From Coleofasciculus chthonoplastes F2-STO-03 (GTDB taxonomy: Bacteria > Cyanobacteriota > Cyanobacteriia > Cyanobacteriales > Coleofasciculaceae): a stretch of 64,000 nucleotides of DNA. The notes under the pieces were generated by a model that was not told the DNA's origin, made no database searches, and was given only the letters and a program-made list of their open reading frames with translations. Where the stretch lies: contig JAVJWO010000047.1 of the NCBI GenBank assembly GCA_040222015.1, forward strand, positions 32,001-96,000, read 5' to 3'. A program made the translations under genes and the position numbers. Numbering within the stretch: position 1 is the stretch's first letter; each line of letters opens with the position of its first letter. This document shows, in pieces, positions 11,087-21,540 of the stretch.

Positions 11087-12607
11087 CTATCCCTGTCGCT
11101 TTTGCCGAATTGCCCGGGTTTGGTCAAGAATGTCTTCTAAGTCCTCTTGGGACAAACGTTCGACGTAATTAACTTTGACTTCCTCTAAGAAGGCGTTGAG
11201 CAAGTATTGAATTTCATCTAAGGTTTTCTGGGTCTGCATTTGAGAGCCATAAGCTTCGCCCAGATGACGAATTAACCGTTGCAGAATTTGATCCCCAACT
11301 GGATCATCTGCGATCGCACTCTCTAATCCATCGTAAAGCGCTTGGGTGATTTGTTGCACCAGTCGCTCGGTTAACTGATTGCGAATGCTTTCTACACCGG
11401 GTACTCTCTCTAGTCCCTGATACGCTTGAGACTGATTCAAAATTTTGTCAACGTTATACTTTAGCAAGTCTTCTACATCGGAACGGATGGCGGGAAGCAC
11501 TTGATTCACTGTCATCTGCACCATGATCTTAGTCAGTGCTGCGACTTCGTCGGTTTCGTTGAGATCGATGTAGGGGCGAACTTCCCGTTGCTGAAGAAAA
11601 TTGGCTATCTCCCCTTGGCGAATGGACGATTGGAGTTCGTTAATAATCTGAATCACTACCACTTGGGTCATATCGCCAGCGATTTCAGCGACAAATCCTT
11701 GACGCGCTTGTTTCTGAATCGCACTCATATCGATTAACTTCGCTTGATCCAGTCTAATTGTCACTGGGATGATTCGCAGCCAGCGCCAGAGGGGAATTAA
11801 CAAAAAGATGTCATACCAACGCCATAACATCGCATCGATCCAACTGACCCCGGTGCGACGGCGACTGATTAACCAAGTACGACCCAAGAAATCTGTTAAA
11901 AAGATTAGGAAAAACGGGAAGTCAATGAGGAGTCCAAAGTAATCGACAAAATCACCTGTCTCTCCAATGGGACGGTAGTAGTTGGCTTCAATTAGCGGAC
12001 GAATTTCTTCATTGAAAAATTCGAGTTCATTCTGGGGGTCTTTAGCGGTGAAGTTTGCTTGACTCCAAAATTCTCTAAAGGCTTCTTTGGCAGAATCATC
12101 GTCATTGTCAATATGCTCCCGCATTTTATTTTTGATTTTTTCCAAATCCCCCGTTTTATTGGCAAGTTGGAAAGGATTTGTCTCAATCATGTCTACGCTG
12201 CGTTGGTGCAGATCTTCCAAAAGTTGGGTGACTTCAGAAGACTGTAAGCTTCTCAGCTTGGTTCTTAGGTTGGTTGCATCAATCTCCGCTTCCAATGCAT
12301 TAACCTTATCCAAATATTGTTCGGTGTCTCGATATGGTTGAATCCCCTTGATTGGGTCATACCACTGGGTAATCGGCGGTAGGGGAACCTCTAAGGGCAA
12401 ACCGGGAAAACTCCATGGACCGATTTCAAAACTCAATAATTGGACTTCCCCATGTAGCCAAAAATCTCTTAGAGGTAGGTAGGTTAAGTCAAACACAACC
12501 AATAAGTAATTCAGCGAAGCCACAAGTGCAACCGCTCGTTCCCACAAAAGAGCGAGACGAACTTTACGCTTACTTTTGCTTGGGGTCAATCGTTGGATGG
12601 ATGACAT
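11087..12607 (-). CDS. Conserved cyanobacterial membrane protein of unknown function
   Basis: 506-aa ORF with several TM segments (LWERAVALVA, WRWYDIFLLIPLWRWLRIIPV) and a helical C-terminus. Confidence 0.7.
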   Translation of the reverse strand: MSSIQRLTPSKSKRKVRLALLWERAVALVASLNYLLVVFDLTYLPLRDFWLHGEVQLLSFEIGPWSFPGLPLEVPLPPITQWYDPIKGIQPYRDTEQYLDKVNALEAEIDATNLRTKLRSLQSSEVTQLLEDLHQRSVDMIETNPFQLANKTGDLEKIKNKMREHIDNDDDSAKEAFREFWSQANFTAKDPQNELEFFNEEIRPLIEANYYRPIGETGDFVDYFGLLIDFPFFLIFLTDFLGRTWLISRRRTGVSWIDAMLWRWYDIFLLIPLWRWLRIIPVTIRLDQAKLIDMSAIQKQARQGFVAEIAGDMTQVVVIQIINELQSSIRQGEIANFLQQREVRPYIDLNETDEVAALTKIMVQMTVNQVLPAIRSDVEDLLKYNVDKILNQSQAYQGLERVPGVESIRNQLTERLVQQITQALYDGLESAIADDPVGDQILQRLIRHLGEAYGSQMQTQKTLDEIQYLLNAFLEEVKVNYVERLSQEDLEDILDQTRAIRQKRQG

Positions 12608-12769
12608 ATTTTTTAGGACTAGACCAGCACCAAGTTTAGATATAACTACTTATAGCCAAACTTGGACTGATCAGAAGGGATTCACGTTGAGTGCTAACTA
12701 GAACTATCAATCCTATGGGTGATAGGGTTTTCTGTCAAACTAGGTTAGTTAGCTTGGCGGTTGCTATAA

Positions 12770-14050
12770 CTATGGAAAGACACGGCCAGGGTGGGTCATG
12801 GGGGCGCTGGGACTGTTGTAGATATCCCATTCCTCAATCCCCCGATCGCGTAGAATGGTTTCGGCTTGTTGAATTTGCTCATCTGTTCCTTGAATCAAAA
12901 CTAAATAATCCCCATGAGAAAGGCGATCGCTATAGTTTTTGGCTTGCTCTTCGGGAACGCCTAAGTTGGCAAGTATACCCACTAAACCACCTGCGGCTGC
13001 GCCAATGGCTCCTCCCCCTAATGCAGATGCGATCGCAGCGGCTTCGCTTCCTACAAATACTACCGGACCAACCCCAGGAACCGCGACGGTGACTAACCCA
13101 ACCAGTAATCCCGTTAATCCCCCCAAGACACCTCCAGCAACAGTTCCGGTGGCTGCATCTTTGGCTTTTTCATGACTCACGGGATCGGTGACTTTCACCC
13201 CAGACACCTGATCGGGATGTTTGGCGTCTTTGGCAATAACCGAAACGTGGTTCATGTCAAATCCAGCCGCTTTTAATCCATCAAGAGCCTTTTTTAAATG
13301 TTGCTCGTAAGAAAAGACACCAATCGCTCGCTGATTTTGGGTCACGGGTGCGGGTGCTGTGGGGGGAGTCATTGGGGTGACACTCGTCGGCGTTGCACCT
13401 AACGGTTCACCAAAGGGTCCGGTGTACGCCGCGCCTAGGGGTGTGGGAGAGCCAACCGGAGCCGCCGCCATTGGCTGTGTGTAGCCGACAGGGGAAGTAT
13501 TCACTTCCGGGCGCTCATAAGTTCTCCACTCTTGAATACCGTGAGGTTTCAGGATAGAGGTTGCACGGGTCATCTCTGCTGCTGTGCCATCAACTAGAAT
13601 TAAATAATCTCCTTTCTCTAAGCGATCGTGGTAAAGTTTCGCTTCGGCTTCGGGAACTTCTAATCCCAGTAACGCCCCAAATAAGCCGCCAGCTGCACTA
13701 CCAACCGCTCCACCTAGCAGTGTATTGCCAATCACTGAAACAGCTGCACCCCCGACTAAAATGGGTCCAACTCCAGGAAGCGCGATCAGCGTACCAATTA
13801 ACCCAACAATCCCTCCTGTCACTCCTCCCGCAACCGCACCAGCCGCCGCACCTTCACCTGCTTCATTTTCGGTATCGTCATGCACTTCCACACCAGCAAT
13901 TTGCTCCTCATTCCGAGCAATAACTGAGACTTGATTCATGGGAAAATTTGCATCTCTCAGATTTTTAAGAGCCTCTTCGGTGGCTTGTCGCGTTGGAAAG
14001 ACACCAACACCGCGTTGAGATTGACCTAATGTCATAGTATCCGTCTCCAT
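12770..14050 (-). CDS. General stress protein-like membrane protein with two tandem Gly/Ala-rich domains
   Basis: Two copies of (R)AIGVF...VSVIA...GG(V/L)...PGVGP...LGVPEE...Y...GDYL separated by a Pro/Thr linker. Confidence 0.7.
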   Translation of the reverse strand: METDTMTLGQSQRGVGVFPTRQATEEALKNLRDANFPMNQVSVIARNEEQIAGVEVHDDTENEAGEGAAAGAVAGGVTGGIVGLIGTLIALPGVGPILVGGAAVSVIGNTLLGGAVGSAAGGLFGALLGLEVPEAEAKLYHDRLEKGDYLILVDGTAAEMTRATSILKPHGIQEWRTYERPEVNTSPVGYTQPMAAAPVGSPTPLGAAYTGPFGEPLGATPTSVTPMTPPTAPAPVTQNQRAIGVFSYEQHLKKALDGLKAAGFDMNHVSVIAKDAKHPDQVSGVKVTDPVSHEKAKDAATGTVAGGVLGGLTGLLVGLVTVAVPGVGPVVFVGSEAAAIASALGGGAIGAAAGGLVGILANLGVPEEQAKNYSDRLSHGDYLVLIQGTDEQIQQAETILRDRGIEEWDIYNSPSAPMTHPGRVFP

Positions 14051-14216
14051 CTCTCTAATCTATCTATCAGGTTTCACCCTGATACCCCTATTTCTACATT
14101 TTTGTGGCAGATATTCATCAATCGTGGGAGATAGATATATCCAGCCTTCTGAATTGTTAAGAAAGCGCGATCGCACGCTGACGCTTGGTCGTATAATTGG
14201 CTATAACTGAGGGCGT

Positions 14217-14457
14217 GTAAAGAGTGGGGAGGGCGGGTTTTGTTGAGAGGTTATCGGTGAATCGTTGAATTTAGTAAAGAGTGGGGAGGGCGGGTTTTGT
14301 TGAGAGGTTATCGGTGAATCGTTGAATTTAGTAAAGAGTGGGGAGGGCGGGTTTTGTTGAGAGGTTATCGGTGAATCGTTGAATTTAGTGGGGAGGGCGG
14401 GTTTTGTTGAGAGGTTATCGGTGAATCGTTGAATTTAGTCCCTAAACCCGCCCCTAC
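14217..14457. repeat. Tandem expansion of a REP-like element arm (3 x 57 bp plus one 50-bp unit, then the closing arm)
   Basis: GTAAAGAGTGGGGAGGGCGGGTTTTGTTGAGAGGTTATCGGTGAATCGTTGAATTTA at 14217, 14274 and 14331; shorter unit at 14388; ends in AAACCCGCCCCTAC. A single copy lies at about 19097-19166. Confidence 0.95.
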
Positions 14458-14691
14458 ACAATAACCATTTTTCGGCAACTAATTCTGTATGAATGTCAAA
14501 GAAACTGGGAAAAACATGATCGACTAATGGTTTCGGGAATTCTATGCCACTGTATTGATTCCAGCGCTTAATTAAACTGTTAAAGACTAACTCCCTTGTC
14601 GGTAAGGAACAATCATATTTACTTTGACGAAATGCCGTCGGGGTAGAAAAGGCAAAATTCAGGGCGCGATCGCACTGTCTATTTGTTATTT

Positions 14692-14721
14692 GTAGGGTGC
14701 GTTAGCGAAGCGTAACGCACC
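14692..14721. repeat. GTAG-type REP-like palindrome (dispersed family)
   Basis: GTAGGGTGCGTTAGCGAAGCGTAACGCACC; identical copy at 33198-33227, variant at about 63088. Related palindromes at about 15111, 28341, 32032, 37930-37957 and 43432. Confidence 0.85.
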
Positions 14722-15152
14722 TTTGAAGTTTTTCTGGAAGTTGGGACTAATCTTCGATTGAGCGTGGGATGAATCGCCAGTTTATTATTGACAACTTGCT
14801 TGTTGTCAGCTAATATTAAGGGTAAATTGTTTTTGTATTTCAATCTATCAGACGCGATCGCACAATGGTGCAAGCAAGACGGACATTCAGCACAGCTTCA
14901 GGCTTGGCGTCATCTTCTCTCTGGTTTATCAAAGCTATGCTACAACAGGCGATTGAATCAGGAGAGTTTTTTGATTGAGCGATCGCGCTATCTCCATGTT
15001 TCTTAATGTCCCAGTTTCAATCCCTGATGGAGATTATAGACAAGCGATTTTCTGGGCGCACGCCATGCGCCCCTACAATTCTAATCCACCAATTAAGGTG
15101 TGCCACGCCAGTAGGGTGGGCATTGCCCACCGACTAGCCAAACTTCAGGGTG

Positions 15153-15270
15153 CTAAATCCCGCGTCGAAATGCCCGAATCGCTTCTCCTGCATCAGTCTC
15201 CGCCATCAAAATACACTGTCTCAGCCAGTCAATATCAAGTTCACTAAGTCCAGGTAACTGGCTGCGTTTT
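15153..15270 (-). pseudogene. 3' fragment of a Uma2 family gene, near-copy of the end of 28368..28946
   Basis: AAATCCCGCGTCGAAATGCCCGAATCGCTT...CCAGGTAACTGGCTGCGTT is nearly identical to about 28370-28485. Confidence 0.85.
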
Positions 15271-15321
15271 GCTAACCCCATCTAAATCTTGTGATTTTAG
15301 ATGGGGACTGCGCTCAACCGT

Positions 15322-16732
15322 TGTTCAATCCCTGATAGGGATTATAGAGGATTTCGACGTGCTGATATTGGGGTTGGGGACTGCCGGACTTTCTTGGTTT
15401 CAATCCCTGATAGGGATTATAGAGGATTTCGACTAACGTCCTGTCTCGACAGGATGATAATATTTGTGTTTCAATCCCTGATAGGGATTATAGAGGATTT
15501 CGACTTGACCAAGAGGAAGCAGACGGATGCCTGTATCGGTTTCAATCCCTGATAGGGATTATAGAGGATTTCGACAGATTAAAAAATTGGGGTCAGGGCG
15601 CAATGTCAAGTTTCAATCCCTGATAGGGATTATAGAGGATTTCGACATTGCAACGGTTCCCCCTGCCGTTCAAACGGGCATTGTTTCAATCCCTGATAGG
15701 GATTATAGAGGATTTCGACGAGATATTTCATCCATATTTCATCTATCTCTTTAGTTTCAATCCCTGATAGGGATTATAGAGGATTTCGACCAAAGTACCG
15801 AGAACCTCTCCAGGTATTGGATTCGTTTCAATCCCTGATAGGGATTATAGAGGATTTCGACTTCCCGACAGTATCAATCCTCCGTTGTATGGACCCGTTT
15901 CAATCCCTGATAGGGATTATAGAGGATTTCGACAAGCCTACTACTTTTTCAGTTAACGGGGTTACTAGTTTCAATCCCTGATAGGGATTATAGAGGATTT
16001 CGACTTTACGCATTAAAAAATGTGGGTGAGGAAATTTTTGATGGTTTCAATCCCTGATAGGGATTATAGAGGATTTCGACTTGACCTAAGCTTAAGGGTT
16101 TCTATCGCTTAACACCTGTGTTTCAATCCCTGATAGGGATTATAGAGGATTTCGACTTTTTCGGATCGGGAACCAGTAACACTGGAATTAGTTTCAATCC
16201 CTGATAGGGATTATAGAGGATTTCGACAAAAAGTACGTCATCAAACAGGAAAGTAGTAGCGGTTTCAATCCCTGATAGGGATTATAGAGGATTTCGACCC
16301 CTAGCTCTCCTGTTGTAGAAGTCATGACTCTTGGTTTCAATCCCTGATAGGGATTATAGAGGATTTCGACGTGCATGCGGCTGATTGCCGCGATTGAAAA
16401 CTTGAGTTTCAATCCCTGATAGGGATTATAGAGGATTTCGACTATATTGCCGACTGAGTGTGAGCAAGACTGGATTAGTTTCAATCCCTGATAGGGATTA
16501 TAGAGGATTTCGACGGTAGATGGGATTCGCTATTACACCCTGGACTGCAAGTTTCAATCCCTGATAGGGATTATAGAGGATTTCGACCCGCCGAGATAAC
16601 TTGGCAAGCTTCTCCCACTCACGAAGTTTCAATCCCTGATAGGGATTATAGAGGATTTCGACGGGCGATTCTTCAGCGTACTTTCTCAATTCTATGTTTC
16701 AATCCCTGATAGGGATTATAGAGGATTTCGAC
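15322..16732 (-). CRISPR. CRISPR array 1, type I-D: 20 repeats and 19 spacers; 37-bp repeat GTTTCAATCCCTGATAGGGATTATAGAGGATTTCGAC (+ strand)
   Basis: Counted directly; spacers about 33-39 bp. The leftmost repeat is degenerate (trailer), the leader and cas2 lie to the right, and the minus-strand repeat ends ATTGAAAC. Confidence 0.99.
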
Positions 16733-16981
16733 CGCCGACCTCTGAAACGCTTGCTGTATTTGGTTTTCAAGGTTCGATTGCGACAACCTCCTCTAACTAT
16801 AGCATTTCCGCCCTCGGTTTTGACAACCCCCGCGAACAAAAAAGTCTCAAATCCTCTCTGAATAAGCCTTTCAGCCATTGCGACAACCTCCTCATTCGCG
16901 AAAAAGGCTGTATCCCTGACAGCATAAGGAATACAGCCTCAAATTTTGACTCCTCGAAAAAAACACCTACTGGTTGTCGCA
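16733..16981 (-). promoter_or_regulatory. CRISPR leader of array 1
   Basis: Non-coding stretch between cas2 and the first repeat; nearly identical to 29985-30235. Confidence 0.85.
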
Positions 16982-17254
16982 TCAGACAAAGAAAATCGAA
17001 TTATCTCTTATGGGTTCACCGCCGATGCGTTCAACCTTCCCTTGACAACAGCCACAGAGGAAATAAAAGCGAATGCTGTCTTGGTCTGGCTTAATCACCT
17101 TAGAAAGACGCGATCGCAATTTGGCATACTGGGTATCCGTCAAACTGCACTCAAACACACTATACTGCATCCACTGCCCATAAGACTTAAGAATACTGTG
17201 TATTTTCGTCCGCCGCTTATCTTCCGGGATATCATAGGACACAACCACATACAT
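16982..17254 (-). CDS. cas2: CRISPR-associated endonuclease Cas2
   Basis: YVVVSYDI, QYSVFEC and DSIRFY; 90 aa. Confidence 0.98.
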   Translation of the reverse strand: MYVVVSYDIPEDKRRTKIHSILKSYGQWMQYSVFECSLTDTQYAKLRSRLSKVIKPDQDSIRFYFLCGCCQGKVERIGGEPIRDNSIFFV

Positions 17255-17259
17255 ACTCT

Positions 17260-18264
17260 CTACCTCACAATTAACGGCGGATACTGCTCAATTTCCCCCA
17301 TCAGATACTTCGCCAAGAGTCGCCCTTGTATCTCAAAGGCTTCCTGATAAGTACATTTGCGCCTCAAGACAGGATGCTTAAACGTTGATTGCTTCTTTTG
17401 TTCATAAAGCTTGAGAAATTCTCGCCGTCCTTCCGGGGATAAAAAGACGGCTTGGCTGAGAGGTTCCGTGGTAAACTGCTCAGGGGTGAGGATTCGCAGA
17501 TTAATGCCATTGAGTATCATTGAATCCACAACCAAAGGTCGAAACTCTTCCATTAAATCTAGGGCTAATCCTGGACGACCATACTGTTGACAATGAAGAT
17601 AGCCCAAATAGGGATCAAACCCCACAATATTCACCGCACTCTGGATATCATGACGCAGTAGAGAATAGCCAAAACTCAGCATCGCATTCACCGGATCAGT
17701 TGGGGGACGACGGCGTCGGGCGGTAAACTTAAATCCAGGGACGCGAATCAGTTGATCAAACACACCAAAATACGCCGCACTCCCCGCCCCCTCTAACCCC
17801 CGCAGGGAGTTGATTTTATCCGTTTTCTCGATTGGCGCGATCGCACGGTGTAGGCGATTTATTGCTTTTTGTAACGTCAGTTCCGGATATTTACGCTGAT
17901 TTCGGGTTAGCATGGTGCGATAATTTTTCAGCTTTCCCCGAATAAATCCCCGGACAATATGCAGCGCTGCTTCTGATTCCCCAGCCGCTTGCCATTGGGC
18001 TTGACGAACAAAGATATTTTTGGTCATTTCCGGTTCCAATCGTCCCAGATATTTCCCGGTGCCGGTAATAAAAGTCAGGGGAATTTTTCGGTTTAAAAGT
18101 TCTGTTACCACGGCGGGCGATACTGTTGCCCGTCCACATACGACTATCCCATCCACTTTAATCAGGGGAACATCCAAGAGTTTCTGTTTGTTTGCTTTGA
18201 CACTAAGGCGTTCATCGGTTTTGCCGATAAATGAATCATCTTGAGTAATGTAAACAGTTCCCAT
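17260..18264 (-). CDS. cas1: Type I-D Cas1
   Basis: LRGLEGAGSAAYF, RRPPTDPVNAMLSFGY and LALDLMEEFRP. Likely start is MGTVYIT at 18264; the longer ORF start reads through a repeat. Confidence 0.98.
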   Translation of the reverse strand: MGTVYITQDDSFIGKTDERLSVKANKQKLLDVPLIKVDGIVVCGRATVSPAVVTELLNRKIPLTFITGTGKYLGRLEPEMTKNIFVRQAQWQAAGESEAALHIVRGFIRGKLKNYRTMLTRNQRKYPELTLQKAINRLHRAIAPIEKTDKINSLRGLEGAGSAAYFGVFDQLIRVPGFKFTARRRRPPTDPVNAMLSFGYSLLRHDIQSAVNIVGFDPYLGYLHCQQYGRPGLALDLMEEFRPLVVDSMILNGINLRILTPEQFTTEPLSQAVFLSPEGRREFLKLYEQKKQSTFKHPVLRRKCTYQEAFEIQGRLLAKYLMGEIEQYPPLIVR

Positions 18265-18276
18265 AAATTTTCTCCT

Positions 18277-18359
18277 GTTAGTAGTGAGGACTTTAGTGTT
18301 AGTAGTGAGGACTTTAGTCCTCTTCGTTAGCGGCGCTAAAGCGCCGACTACAAGCAAGC
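18277..18359. repeat. Double-hairpin palindromic element between cas4 and cas1
   Basis: GTTAGTAGTGAGGACTTTAGTCCTC...GCGGCGCTAAAGCGCCGACTACAAGC with a duplicated first 21 bp. Same element at about 30395 and 30587. Confidence 0.85.
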
Positions 18360-18361
18360 TT

Positions 18362-18955
18362 TCATTCCTCCTCCCGATATCGCCCCACCTTTTTCGCCGC
18401 TTGAGGTAAACATTGAGGATAAAAACTACATCCTTTACAGCGCTTTGTGTAAATCGGTTTCGGCATTTCCCCGCTTTTCATTAACATTTTTACCGATTCA
18501 AGGATATCTAGAGTTTCCTGTCGCAATGCATCAGAAATCTCAACGAATTGTCGCTGATGGGAATAGGCATAATAAATATAGCCCTGATGAATCGATTGTC
18601 CCGTCATTTCTGCCAAACACAACGCCTGGGCGCAGACTTGCAATTCATCATTATCCCATTCCCCCTTCCGCCCCCGCTTATATTCCACGGGATAGAGTTC
18701 ACCCGATTCTGATTCAATTAAATCCGATTTACCGATTAGATGATACTGTTGAGACTTCAGCCAAATCGCCCGTACCTGCCAAACTTCCTCCCGTTGAGAC
18801 TCACCGACTGTGTGGACGCGATCGTGTAAACTGGTGCCATCAATGGTATAGTAATTCTCGCTAAATTCCCCCGCACAAAACATCCGCCAACAACGGTGGG
18901 GACAGTAGGAATAATGGTTGAGAGAGGCGATGGGAATGTAATCGGTATTATTCAT
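18362..18955 (-). CDS. cas4: CRISPR-associated Cas4
   Basis: YCPHRCW, GKSDLIE, PVEYKRG, QVCAQ and C-terminal CxxCxxxxxC Fe-S cysteines. Confidence 0.97.
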   Translation of the reverse strand: MNNTDYIPIASLNHYSYCPHRCWRMFCAGEFSENYYTIDGTSLHDRVHTVGESQREEVWQVRAIWLKSQQYHLIGKSDLIESESGELYPVEYKRGRKGEWDNDELQVCAQALCLAEMTGQSIHQGYIYYAYSHQRQFVEISDALRQETLDILESVKMLMKSGEMPKPIYTKRCKGCSFYPQCLPQAAKKVGRYREEE

Positions 18956-19269
18956 TAGTTTTACCTGTAAATGAAGGGTTAGGGTTTCACGTTGAGATCC
19001 CCCTAAATCCCGCTTAAAATCCGGTTCCCTGCTTTTGAAGGGGGGCTAGGGGGGATCTATAAAATTAGGTTCGTGGAAAATCTAGTTCATTTATCGGTGG
19101 GGAGGGCGGGTTTTGTTGAGAAGTTATCGGTAAATAGTTGAATTGAGTCCCTAAACCCGCCCCTACACAATAACCAATTTATCAAGATGTTCCGGTGCCA
19201 CATCTTTGTCGGGACACGGCACTGCCGTACCCTTACCTAGGTTAACCTACCTTATCACCATGAAACCGA

Positions 19270-19980
19270 TTAACTCCCCTGAAATTGATACTGCATTTGT
19301 GCCGGAATCAAGAAAGGTTTTCTGTCACTAAGCTGATAATATTGCCCCTGAATTCGCACATTCCGAATTAAACTAACCGGGGACATATTAATCACGTCAT
19401 AACTGATGACGCGATGGGTAAACATCGTATCTAAGGGATTCAGGGGATAAGGATAAGTGAATTCACCCTCCACTCGTTGAGGAGTAGCCAATGGTTCTAT
19501 CGTTACTTCTGCCTTACTCATCCACTTCCCTAGACGAATCCATTTGGGTAATGTTAACGGCTTGTGAGAGATAACGAAAAACTCAAATTGACTTTCCGGG
19601 GCAATCTCTTTAGTTCTGCCAAAACTGGGGATATTCTTCTGGGTTTTCTCCATCTCAACGTGATAGTTCGGGTTGGCATATTTCCAGGTGTTAAGAACCG
19701 CGCCATAGTGAATGACTCGCCCTGGTGTAATGTAAATTCCCTGGGCATTGAGAGGGGTTAAATGTTCCCGATAGTTGGGAACTTGTTCGGCACAAAAGTA
19801 ACGATAGGACTTGTCTTCAGCAACGGTTGTCGCATAAACGGTACTATCCACTAACCCCAAGGCATAACAGAGGGCGTAATTATGGAGAACCGGTTCAGTT
19901 TCATAGAGTCGCCCGATTTCACGGGTGGCATAATAGAGGCTATCATGCAACTCTAACTGACAGCGGTAAATTAGAGCCAT
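19270..19980 (-). CDS. csc1: Type I-D Cas5d (Csc1)
   Basis: HNYALCYALG and LPKWIRLGKWMSKA; position after csc2. Confidence 0.93.
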   Translation of the reverse strand: MALIYRCQLELHDSLYYATREIGRLYETEPVLHNYALCYALGLVDSTVYATTVAEDKSYRYFCAEQVPNYREHLTPLNAQGIYITPGRVIHYGAVLNTWKYANPNYHVEMEKTQKNIPSFGRTKEIAPESQFEFFVISHKPLTLPKWIRLGKWMSKAEVTIEPLATPQRVEGEFTYPYPLNPLDTMFTHRVISYDVINMSPVSLIRNVRIQGQYYQLSDRKPFLIPAQMQYQFQGS

Positions 19981-19982
19981 GA

Positions 19983-20987
19983 TTATTTCGATTTTGTCGT
20001 TGATTTTTTGGTTTTGCTGCTTGCTTTAGCAATGTATTTTTCGGCATAAGCTGATGATTCAGCATTGGCTTGGGTCAACATGGCGATAAGTTGTGTCTCA
20101 TTGCTAGTGATTGATTTAACTTCCGCTAAAATGGGTAACAATGACTCACCAATAAAATCAGTGTGGGGGATATATTCTTGTGCCATTAACTCAATCATTC
20201 CTTGGGTGGCGGCAGCGGTAACGTCATCTTCATTTAGCGGATCAGGGGGGTGAATTTGATCTGCCTGTTTCATCAAGTCATATATCTTTTGCGTCCAGCG
20301 TAAATTACTCACAATTTCGCCATCGGCAAAGATAACACCAATGAGTTCATTCCGAACTCGACCTGTGCGCGTGGTTTGCGCCCCATAGTGACGGGTTCTG
20401 AGAATATTATTGAACACATACAGGAATCCGGCTTCGGTGGAATCTTTTAAGGTGATAATACTAGGAAAAAAGACTTGGGGTAAGATATGGTCTTGGCTAT
20501 TAATCCGACTGGTGACTTCTCCATTCCGACTCATTGTGCCATTTTCAAAGGGGGCATTTAGGGTAAAATTGAAGTGAGACTCATCAAAAGGTGTAATTGA
20601 AAACGCCGTATCAACCACAACCTTAGATTTCTCTGAACCTGCATCCCCAATGGCAAAACCATAGAGAATACAATCCGGTGTTGTCTTACTAAAATTAACG
20701 TTATAATCGCAGGTTTCCCAGTCGCCAATTTTGTAGTTCCGCAGCAGTTCACGTCCAGTTAAACGTTCTGGGGTAGACTGTTTGCGCTTGAACATTGCCA
20801 GACGGCTAATGGTTTCCTTTTGCACAATTCCCGCCCGCACTCGTGCCTTATTTAACTCGCCATCGGTTTGAAATAGGGGGTAGGATTCGGTAATGCGAAT
20901 GGTAATAAAATGAGCATATTTGCCCATGGGTTTGGCGGGGATGTCTTGGTGAAAGAATTGGGAATCGACAGTCTTAAGAAAGGTCAT
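19983..20987 (-). CDS. csc2: Type I-D Cas7d (Csc2)
   Basis: FKRKQSTPERLTGRELLR, PDCILYGFA and YGAQTTRTG; likely start MTFLKT at 20987. Confidence 0.95.
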   Translation of the reverse strand: MTFLKTVDSQFFHQDIPAKPMGKYAHFITIRITESYPLFQTDGELNKARVRAGIVQKETISRLAMFKRKQSTPERLTGRELLRNYKIGDWETCDYNVNFSKTTPDCILYGFAIGDAGSEKSKVVVDTAFSITPFDESHFNFTLNAPFENGTMSRNGEVTSRINSQDHILPQVFFPSIITLKDSTEAGFLYVFNNILRTRHYGAQTTRTGRVRNELIGVIFADGEIVSNLRWTQKIYDLMKQADQIHPPDPLNEDDVTAAATQGMIELMAQEYIPHTDFIGESLLPILAEVKSITSNETQLIAMLTQANAESSAYAEKYIAKASSKTKKSTTKSK

Positions 20988-21024
20988 AATTTTTACTCCA
21001 GATGATTGTGTGAACAACAATTAA

Positions 21025-21540
21025 TTAGGTAACCGATTCCGTGTCTAACTCAGAAACCTCTTCCGGTTCATCCTGCTTCCGTTCCTGGCGTTCTTGGTCA
21101 TCGGCAATGCGGTAAAGGTACTCACAGGTATCCCGAATTAAGTTTAACTGAGTCCCGGCGAGACGGGCGCGATCGCATTTAAGTTTTCCGGCAAAAATCA
21201 CCTCAATAAAATACTGAGAAAACTCACGTACAGCTTGACGTTCGGCTTCTGAATTCAGCGCGGGTTTCCATTTACCATCCACGAAAGCTAGAGTAGGTTT
21301 TCCTTCAGCGGCACGTCGGCGGACATTATTCATTAACTTGGATAAACGTGATGCCACAACATCAATTAATACCTCCTGATTAATTTGTGAGTCGCTAGTG
21401 GTAATCCATGCCTTGTCAATCTTTAAAATCACATCCGCCGCCTCATCAATGGGTTTAAGAATGGCATTGGCTTTAGCCGAAGGACGCTTGGCACGATAAA
21501 ATACACGGTAGAGTCGAGTCAGTTCTCTGAGTTCGTTCAC
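21025..21540 (-). CDS. cas11d: Putative Cas11d small subunit, translated internally from cas10d (171 aa)
   Basis: In-frame GTG at 21540 preceded by AAGGAG-AAGCC (strong RBS) at the start of the C-terminal helical region (NELRELTRLYRVFYR). Confidence 0.7.
   Translation of the reverse strand: MNELRELTRLYRVFYRAKRPSAKANAILKPIDEAADVILKIDKAWITTSDSQINQEVLIDVVASRLSKLMNNVRRRAAEGKPTLAFVDGKWKPALNSEAERQAVREFSQYFIEVIFAGKLKCDRARLAGTQLNLIRDTCEYLYRIADDQERQERKQDEPEEVSELDTESVT

Noticed and set aside
14217..14457. Possible third CRISPR array
   Set aside because: Units are identical with no unique spacers; this is a tandem repeat.
15301..16689. Short ORFs across array 1 (and 29275-30250 across array 2)
   Set aside because: They are translations of CRISPR repeats (VSIPDRDYRGFR, VEILYNPYQGLK).
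18265..18357. N-terminal extension of Cas1 in the ORF track
   Set aside because: It reads through a palindromic repeat; an RBS-like AGGAG and ATG at 18264 give a normal Cas1.
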